From assembly GCF_001194135.2 (NCBI RefSeq), contig NC_068986.1:71758335-71822334 (forward strand): a DNA stretch of 64,000 bases, written 5' to 3'. A program made the translations under genes and the position numbers. The notes beneath the pieces were generated by a model. That model had not been told where the DNA came from and searched no databases. It saw only the letters and a program-made list of their open reading frames with translations. The DNA comes from Octopus bimaculoides. Lineage: Eukaryota. Within the stretch, counting starts at the first letter, position 1. Each line of letters begins with the position of its first letter. Below, in pieces: positions 53,349 to 64,000 of this stretch.

Positions 53349-53354
53349 CATTAC

Positions 53355-53389
<35 letters not shown>

Positions 53390-53546
53390 NNNNNNNNNNN
53401 NNNNNNNNNNNNNNNNNNNNNNNNNNNNNNNNNNNNNNNNNNNNNNNNNNNNNNNNNNNNNNNNNNNNNNNNNNNNNNNNNNNNNNNNNNNNNNNNNNNN
53501 NNNNNNNNNNNNNNNNNNNNNNNNNNNNNNNNNNNNNNNNNNNNNN

Positions 53547-53611
<65 letters not shown>

Positions 53612-53624
53612 CAACAACAACAAC

Positions 53625-53765
53625 ATCGAAAAATACCTTAGGAATGAGAACCCAGGTTCAAAATTTCCCAAGACACCTGATGAAGGCTGGAGGGTATATC
53701 AGTCGAAACGTTGTGTTAACAACAAACAAGATGAGGACAAATATCCGTCAAATGTAAATAATGTA
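53625..53765 (+). mobile_element. ~140-bp hammerhead-containing repeat, copy 2
   Basis: Inverted copy of 53130-53271 on the other side of an N-gap. Confidence 0.88.
53672..53717 (+). ncRNA. Minimal type I hammerhead ribozyme motif
   Basis: Stem I GACAC/GTGTT, core CUGAUGA, stem II GGCUG/CAGUC with a 10-nt loop, GAAA, palindromic ACGU stem III and a GUU cleavage triplet. Confidence 0.72.
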
Positions 53766-55198
53766 CATAATTCCTCAACTCTTAAATCTAGGACAGAAAA
53801 GATAGTGTTAGTACAACACACAACTGCCCATAGGTTAATGCTGCAGTGTATGAGAAGACAGTCGTCAAATTCAGAAACGTTTTTAGAGGCGTCAACCTGA
53901 ATACAGATACAGGTTAATTCTTCCCGATAGAAATATATAATTCTATTGAACTACGGGAATGTCTGTCGATGTTATTCGTTATAGCTTGTCGTAGCAAGCA
54001 TCACTTCCAGACTAATTAAATGCTTCTTGATGGGAGGGTCTAAATAGTTATGGAGATACTAGTTCCAAAGCATTTCCTTTGATATTTTTCATCCTTCTTG
54101 TCAGTGAGATATATAACAATCAAATTGAATTACCTATAACAGCATCCACTTCCGTGTAGCTGACTCCACTATTCATTCTTTCCTAATCTTCTGTACTCTA
54201 ACATCATTCCCATGTAGCCTAAATACCTCACGTTAAAGTTCTTTATCCATTTTCCAATAAGAGCATATCAGTCTTTCAAACGCAAACAAACAAAATCACT
54301 AAAACATATAAATGAGATATTTTATTCAAGTGATGTACATCGCACTGCTAAAGCCAATAAAGTTCCTACAAGCACCAAGTGTTACACTCATTGATGGTCT
54401 CTTCTGGCAATCTGTGTTTACAAGAAAACCTGCGCTCTATTGATTAACATTTCTCCTAGCTGTTTTTTTTTTAATTCTCTACAAACCAGCTTCTAGATCT
54501 TAACCTACCGCTGCAACAAATAAAAAAAACTATCTCTAACAAAAGTGTCTCAATTAGTCGGCACAGGCCCCCAGCCGTTATGCTTCAACCTTCATTCCAC
54601 AGACGTACTGTCTACTCACGATGCATTTTCTACGCTATTGTGTACCACAGCCATCAAACCTACTCAACATACTTGATTCTCTTCTCATACATGTGTCTTC
54701 CAGATTAATCATTCATGTGTCTTCCTCATTAACCACTGACTCACTTAAACTCTTTCTCCTTGTCCATGAGCTACTTCCATCACCGGAATTTAGTCGTTTA
54801 ATAGCAATAGTCTAACCATCATCGGAGTCTTGGCGACTAAGCACTGATCATTTCGAGAGAGCCTATAAATCTCGAATGAAACTAGAAGCGTTTTCGGCAT
54901 ACTGTGATAATACTTTATTCTACGTAATTCCTTAGTTTCTCAACTCTTTTCTGAACGCCATTATAACAAATCACTTTTCTGATGTCAATTATTAGAATAT
55001 TGTTGTCATTTCTAAAGTAGTTTGGCGAAAGATTGTTTGTTAGCTGATATTACAATAGCGCAAATAGCATTTGCGAAGATTACTGGGAGATAGTACGAAA
55101 ATAAAAGAATCTTATCTTTAAGAGATTTAAGAGGCTACTTATAGCATAATGCTTTGTAATATATGTGTGGGTGTGTCAGCGTATTTGTGTGTGTATAT

Positions 55199-55247
<49 letters not shown>

Positions 55248-57749
55248 CGTGTACGTGCGTGTGTGTGTGACCCGCATAATGTCATTTCAGGTAGTACATT
55301 GTGTAGGTGATATTGATAATCTATAATATAGGACTTATCCTACGTTGGAGATTTCAAAAATAACCATTTTGTTGTAATCCCTTTGGTGCTTGTCATACAA
55401 CTACAGACATGTACAACACACCGCAAATTCCCTAACTAATGCATGAACTTATGTTTTATTATTAATATCATCATCATTTCCATATAATCCCGTTTAATTA
55501 ACTGCATAACGAAGCACAACTCAGTTGCAACGAGAGTTTTCTTGCTTCACATATGTTATCTGATATATACTTATGCATTCCGCTTCCATCTTGAGAACAA
55601 GCTAGTGATACACTGACATGATATGGTGTCAGATGTACCGGCTGAATCGGATTATTGCCTTTATCGACCTGTATAACATGAAATAGTATGTGTTCGCTGT
55701 TCCTGATTTGTTTGCTAGTAAATTGGTTGATTGAAAAGTTGCTTCGGACTTTAATTGCTGTAATTTGTTGAGTGAGAAAAATTGCTAAATGTATGAGTCA
55801 GCTGAAAAAGTCAAATCCGCAAACGACTACGCACCATTTTCGAACGAGGTAAATTCATTTACATTAATTTCACTCATGAACAAGTCCATGGTAAAAAGAT
55901 GTATGCGGTTGTCATAGAATATGTCAAAAATTTCTGCGCATTTAAAATTAATAAAGACAGATTTCTCATTAAGAAGAAAACGGTAGAATTTATGAGTATT
56001 TGAGAGAAATGTTACGTGAATGTAACTTTAATGGTTTGAATGGCAATTTGTCTTTGCATACACTGAACGTTCGTCTACGCGACACCACAATAACAGGCAA
56101 ACTCAAAGAACTGATAATCTTGATTTGCATAATGCTGTTGCTATTATATGAAAAGTTCAGGCAAAAATACATTTGTCCGAGTGATAGTAATGCTACACAT
56201 GATTTTGAGTATGTCAGTTGAAAACAAAGCTAACAGTGAGGCACAGAAATGCAAAAGGTGCGGTGGCAATTACAAATTTAATATTTAGTTTTGTTCTGCT
56301 CGAAGCAAGGAATGTAAATATGGTATATTCAAAATGACCTCTCCACAAAAATGGAATTATAAAACAGACAAACATCTAATAATACTAAAAAAAAAGATGT
56401 TTTGTTCATGTATATGTGTATTAGATAGCACCAAGTCTATGAATATGCACAGTCAACTGAGATAATAATCTGTTAGATACATATGCACAATGAAATGTAT
56501 TACCCAGGGCTGTTGCTCAATAGTTGTTGAAGATTGTTATTTTTGCATATATCGTACATACATAAATCGTAGTGAAGCATTATACTTTCGGGTTCTTACA
56601 AAATACTCATCATGTTACAGATTGCTTGTGATTTTAATGCAAACATTTTAAATTACTTTAATTCCAGAACAATTTCTTCTAATATTAAAAAATATTATTG
56701 CTCTTTGTTCGGTTTGAAATGAAATTTATTGCATACTGATTCCTGAGCTGATATTTCATACATCGATATTTCTTGCCAGCTGAACAACTGAACAACTGAC
56801 CTTAACGCAGGTCGTTTTTAATATATTACCATACTTATGCCCCGGTGGAAAGTGGTACTTTATGAAAAGTTATGAAAGTAATACTGTATGTATATAAATA
56901 TGTGTGCGTGCATACATACATATCCATACATACATATATATAAATATCATACATACATATATATATATATATCCTCATTTCACTTTGTCTTTTAGCCTCC
57001 CAGCCTTCCAGGGCCGAAAGAAATTACTAACTATGCAGATATATATCCTATAGTTTATATGCCAAAATTAAGCTCATATTTGGGAAACTATATTCTTTGA
57101 AATCAGTTAAAGAAATTCTGATTCCTTTAAGCTGTAATTATCCTAGTATCCTGAGTCACCGTCGCAGCCATCCACCAACCCATTTTAAATTTATCAATAT
57201 TTCTTGTGTTCTTTATAAGCTGCACGTCAATCATTGAAATCTCGTCTAAAATATTTTGATATTTCAAGAAAATAGTTACACTGAATGTGTATTTAAAATC
57301 GGTCGAATAAAACTAACAATTGATTAAAGAATGATATAGTTTCGTGTCGTTGGTATTTTAATTCTCATTCTAGATTAGTTTTTTTTAATAAAAAACCACA
57401 AACGCTAAGAGCAACAATTCTACAGCGCTCCAATATCAATATTAATATTTCGGATTAGCAAACTGGCAAATTTTCATGATCTTACCAATGCATGGTAGCC
57501 ATATTGATTCAGTTCAATGGTGGCAGTGGGAACATAATGAATGTAATATATAAATGATAGTTTGAGTCACTTTTGTTGATTGATTAAGTATAACTATTAT
57601 AATAACATAAGCTCGTTAATATTCGCAATGTCCACTTATAGAATTGTCTTTACTTATTCAGTCAAAGTAATGCGAATAAGTATTTTCATTAGGTTTTATT
57701 TTTGTTTTGTTTTGTCTTTTTAATCTTGTTCAATTTCACCTAATACTTG

Positions 57750-59030
<1,281 letters not shown>

Positions 59031-59892
59031 TTGATTTGAAAAGTTTCAAGAGAAACATAAATGGTATCTGCCTCACCGATCTAGAAAGCTTGCAAAACCT
59101 ACAGGTTCTTCTACACGCAGCTAGCAAAAGAAAAGTTGTTGGAGCGTAACCTATTCTTCCTACAAATCAGAGCAGCGTTCTTTGATTAATTCTGTGAAAT
59201 CATTGTAAAGAATCTCAAGAACAAAGTCGACCCTTATTTACTAATTATCAAGAAGTAATTTGAACTCAGACTTCTGTTGTTGAAAAGATGATCATAGAGA
59301 AAGGTGGATTTGGATTACTTAAAAATTACCAGCATAAATTAGTCGAAGAGCGTGAATTTCAATGTAGAATACAGAGAGACGATTTTGAGAAAGAAAATTA
59401 TTCTCCCCTTAACAAAATTCTGAAGAAAGATTCAAAACAGAAGGGTACGAGAAAAGATACATGAGTATGGAAACAAACAAATTGATGCTTAAGTGAAACC
59501 TGTGTCAAGGGGTATGGTATAGCAATAATTACAGTGCAGCGTCAACGAAGGAGACGTAGGCTGGATTTCATATCGGCTTTAGAAATGTAATTTTAAACTA
59601 ATTTCTATAAACTGATTTACTAAACTAATTTTGAGCTAAAACAATACCTTACAGTTTAAAATTTAAAATTTGTCTGTAGATATAAATATAAAAGCAGTTT
59701 ATGGTTAAATAAGAAAAGCTTATATCTAAAAGAGTAACCTGCAAAGGCAAAATTGAAAAAGATTAATATTTTTCATTGAAATTTTGAATCTAATACACAA
59801 AATAGTATATAAAGATATATGCACACCAACCTGACACTTAACCGATGCAGAAGACGTGACATCTAGAAAAATCGTCAAGAAAACCCAATGAC

Positions 59893-59923
59893 ACTTACCT
59901 ACAAAGAGAAAAATACAAGAAAA
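59893..59923 (-). promoter_or_regulatory. Candidate recursive splice site (acceptor immediately followed by donor)
   Basis: Minus strand TTTTCTTGTATTTTTCTCTTTGTAG|GTAAGT: 20 of the 23 nt before the AG are pyrimidines, followed by a consensus GTAAGT. Confidence 0.4.
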
Positions 59924-61236
59924 TAGTAATGATGATGATACACTTGTCAAAATAGAATTGTTCGCTATCTTAATATCAAACATTAGTTCAAAATCTAAGT
60001 ATATTATTGTTTAAAATATAGCCCACAAACGCATAAAGACACACACATAAACACACATATGTGTGTATGTAGTATGTATGTTTGTATGTATGTATGTATG
60101 TATGTATGTATATGTTTGTGTGTATATATATATATGCATACATATATACGTACGTGTATATATGTATATATACATANNNNNNNNNNNNNNNNNNNNNNNN
60201 NNNNNNNNNNNNNNNNNNNNNNNNNNNNNNNNNNNNNNNNNNNNNNNNNNNNNNNNNNNNNNNNNNNNNNNNNNNNNNNNNNNNNNNNNNNNNNNNNNNN
60301 NNNNNNNNNNNNNNNNNNNNNNNNNNNNNNNNNNNNNNNNNNTATATATGTATGTATATATACACACGTAAAAAAACTGCCCATGCTCCCAATAATGGTC
60401 ACATATATAAGCCCAGTAATATATATTTAAAAATTTCATGGCAAGCCTCATGTTGCGACTACATTTCTGACACTTATTTTTTAGTCTAGTCTGTTGTAAT
60501 GTGTTATAAAGATTTCGACCTCTCTAACTTCGAAATCTAATTATTGAAAACGCGTGATCATCAAAGCTCAGACTAACTTCAGAAAAATAAGCATATTAAC
60601 ATCATGTGATGCATAAACGTGTGCATTACGATATGAAATAAATATTTAGTTCTAGTGATTACTTCAGAATGAATGAATGAATATGTATCAACTTATATAC
60701 ACATATACGTGTGCAAGATTGGTTGTGATTGTGTGTGTGGAGTATTAAGTATTCTTTGTATGTGTACGTATGCTAATGTTTGCATGCCTACTCTTGTACA
60801 TTTGCACTTACTAAATACTAAAATCTATAGTGTTTTGCGTATTTTTACGGTAGCATTAATAGATCATTGTTGTAAAGTCCAGATTTTCGAGATTCCTGCT
60901 GTGGCAGCAAGTTACATATCCAATTTCGCCAATGATTATAGGAATAAACCTAAGTTTCACTCCGAGTGGAGTAACTGCAGAATCGTCATTAGATCATATT
61001 AATTCCTTTTGTGTGTATGTATGTGTGTGCATGTATGCATGTATGTATGTATGTATGTATGTATGTATGTATGTATGTATACATTTCTTTAAGATTTATT
61101 TCATTTTTTTCCTTTGCAGGTTTCAAGCTGCATATTTTTATGTGACTGGCCTACACTGGTTCAAGGTGTTTGCATTTTCAATCGTGGAGCTCAGCTGCTT
61201 GCGTTGAATGAACAAAGTGATGGCCGACAAGTATAT

Positions 61237-61301
<65 letters not shown>

Positions 61302-62968
61302 TATTGATTGATTGACTGATTGAGTGAATGATTGATTGATTGATTTCCATTGATTTGATTGACCTGTTTTTCAAAAGTTCAAAACTTTATGCTGTTTTTA
61401 TCCTTCTTTTTTTTTCTATCTTCAACACTATACTAATACAATCCCAAATAACTTAAAACATTTCGGTATCCTCTGATTGCTCAGTTAAGCTTTGAACTGC
61501 AGATGAATTGTTGCTGAGTAGGCATAAGTTAGCCTACGACTGTTCAGTCGTGCTACTGCATGTACGTCGCTGTTGGCATTAAAGTTACTATTCTCTTGTG
61601 TATTTCTATTTGTTTATTTTTGTTTACGAAATGATAGTAAAGTTGTGTTCAAACAGATCATTCAATCATATGCATCAATTTATATTTAATAAAACGTTTA
61701 GTTTGTTTGGTTAATCCAGGATGTTTGATATTTCAGATTTTAGTGTATACTTTGATTCCAGTCACGAATAGCTTAGAGGAAACTTACACTTTTAGCCAAC
61801 GTGATTTTGTCCATTCATTATTAAGTTATATTTTTTAAGCACATTGTCGACAATGTGTGTGTGTGCGTGTGTGTGTGTGTGCGTGTGTGTGTGTGTGCAT
61901 GTGTGTGTGCGTGAATGTGTGCGCGCATATATATGGGATAATGTTCTTTATAAGTTCAGACAAATTTCTATCACTATTAAATTGAAAGTTATTCATATCT
62001 TCAGTTTGCTTTTTATAAGATAGATTCAATGCTATAAATGTACCTGTGCAACAATTTGTCTGCAGCGTCGCTTGCCTAATTTGTCGATAAATATTTGAAT
62101 GCCACAGTATATGTACTTGCTATATATTTAGTAATATTCCTATATAACCTTACCTACATTTGGTTGCTCAGCCTTTCCATAACACAGTATGTTGCTTTCA
62201 TAGAAAGAGATAATTACATCCGTCTTAATATCGACCTGATTGGTGTACAAGCATGCATGAATGTATGTCTGTATGCATGCAAGCATGTATGTATATTTGT
62301 ATGTATGCATGCATGCATGTATGTACGTACATCTGCACGTATGTATGTATGTATGTATGTATGTATGCCTCTGACGTGCAAGTCGATCGTCGGAATTGAG
62401 TGTAGGGGCAAAAGACCAATCGAGCCGTCTAGTAGCAGGCCAGCTGTGTTTCAATTAGACTAAAGCATTAGTTTTCTTTTAATCAATCGTCGTGATGTAT
62501 TCCTTTTTATTGCTTTTTCAGTTTACAATAATGTGGATAATGTCTTCAGTTTTGATTTTGGATAGGCTATATTTGTTTGAGCTGATTATTTTTGTCTTTT
62601 GTGGTAATGGGAATTTCTTTTCTTTCATTTGCATTGAGATAAGTTTGAAGGTGAGATGTTACAAACTTCTCGATACTTCATGCCAGGTTTTGTATATTTT
62701 AATCTCTCTATTACTTGAATTTTTCGCTTTAAGTACCCCGTACAATCTTCTTATTTAACTGCTCTAGTTTTGTTATTTATGGTGTTTCTTGGAGAGATAT
62801 TGGAGTCAACTCGCATTTTACGTCTCTCACCTCACTCTTATTAACTATCCTAGTGTATTTCGTGCTCAGAAACATAACTAAGATAGCTGTCACCCCTTTT
62901 GGTTTCCGAGATATGTTGCTTCAATGTTACAATCCGGGTCTCGTATGACGTTTACATGCAGACATATA

Positions 62969-63000
<32 letters not shown>

Positions 63001-63870
63001 CATATATATACATATATATATACATACACATACATTGTACTTGTCTGTTGATGCTGTTATCTGTTGAGCATTTTTTGATAAGCAAATCTGCTCAGTAGAG
63101 CTCTATCTTTCTTTTCAAAGAACGTAGCTCGCTGCAAGTTTGCTCCGCAGTGAAATGTAAATAATTATGATCTTTGTGTCATTGATTGAGTGAGTTTCCT
63201 TTACATTTTTGTAGGATAAGCGAAGTTCTTGGTTCAATTTAAAAAATCCTCTGAGATTTATCTTGATAGTTTCGCACGATCGATGGCTTAACTATTCCCT
63301 CCTTTACCATAATGTATGTATTAGTAATTCATGTATCATTCACCAGTTTAAATTTACCGCCTGATTACTCCAATTTTCTGCGCCGAACGAACGCTTCTTC
63401 CCATTTATCCAACGAAACCAACCAATATTTTTAGTATTGTTTTGTTTTTGTTTTTTACCAGTGTTGCGGTTTTTCTTTCTTTTTTTTTTTTGTATTTTAC
63501 TAGGTTTGTAAGTTCCAAACTTTTGGGGAAAGTACTCATTACACAAAAGATTGAATAGTCTCCTATTCTGACTCGACTGATTTCGATACAATAAATGTAA
63601 ATATGTATGCATACTTGCAACAAATGGAAATAAAGACTATGTTCTAAGAGAAACAGAATCAATAGGGATCCAAAACATTTATATGACTAGTTAACTTTCA
63701 CTAGTCATTCGATGTTTTTGTAAGAGTATAATTATCTTCTTTACATGAGATGTTCCTTCAAATTCGTTTAAATTTTATTTATCATTGTCCTTTATTATAA
63801 TAAATTTGTATCAATAACATTTATTTATATGCAGATCTTGAAAATACTTAAACAGTAATAATAAAATTCT

Positions 63871-63877
63871 ACTTACC
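63871..63877 (-). promoter_or_regulatory. 5' splice donor G|GTAAGT of the receptor exon
   Basis: Minus strand CAGTTAG|GTAAGTAG: consensus donor exactly where the coding frame ends. Confidence 0.9.
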
Positions 63878-64000
63878 TAACTGAAGTTTAGCTGGAGATT
63901 CTGGTGGAACCCAGAAGATAACCAACGTTAACAAAGATAAAAGAGCACAGGGGAGGATGAGGATAAAACTGTAAAAAGCTACTTTTCTTCGTAGTCGAAG
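63877..64000 (-). CDS. Partial coding exon (pre-M1, M1, M1-M2 linker) of a nicotinic acetylcholine receptor-family subunit, molluscan anion-selective type; exon continues past the window end
   Basis: The reverse complement reads uninterrupted as LRLRRKVAFYSFILILPCALLSLLTLVIFWVPPESPAKLQL plus one G, then a GTAAGT donor (63876-63871). It has the RR-x-x-FY pre-M1 motif, the M1 PC, and PPESPAK at the M1-M2 linker. Read-through hits a stop two codons later (GGT AAG TAG), consistent with a phase-1 intron. Confidence 0.92.

Noticed and set aside
55990-56172. ORF starting MYFCLN, similar to the receptor M3 motif AYFCLNM
   Set aside because: The similarity stops after five residues, there is no hydrophobic M3 helix, and no suitable acceptor precedes it.
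59726-59983. ORF around the strong acceptors at 59899 and 59736 as the missing M2 exon
   Set aside because: The phase-1 translations (GKCHWVFL..., GYSFRYKL...) do not resemble M2.

Overview
AT-rich, repeat-dense animal genomic DNA with 11 N-gaps. The SINE families, microsatellite load and receptor type suggest a mollusc, probably Octopus (inference). The only host coding sequence I can support is at the right edge on the minus strand (63877->64000). It is an exon of a Cys-loop nicotinic acetylcholine receptor subunit, LRLRRKVAFYSFILILPCALLSLLTLVIFWVPPESPAKLQL|G, with the PAK anion-selectivity signature, and it is missing from the ORF track. I found no downstream M2-M4 exon, so the rest of the window may be one very long intron, or the exons may lie in gaps. 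The remainder is decayed retroelements (R4/Dong-like RLE LINEs, CR1/Jockey-like APE LINEs, Penelope-like RT/GIY-YIG remnants), a piggyBac-like transposase remnant, two tRNA-like SINE families and a ~520-bp (AAT)n-flanked element in three copies. Best leads: a minimal type I hammerhead ribozyme repeat present as an inverted pair (53130-53765), a candidate recursive splice site (59899/59898), a perfect 27-bp inverted repeat (25775-25859), and retroelements nesting in trinucleotide microsatellites with shared strand polarity. Nearly all listed ORFs are microsatellite or gap artefacts. TE boundaries are approximate and family calls come from manual motif recognition, not database searches.
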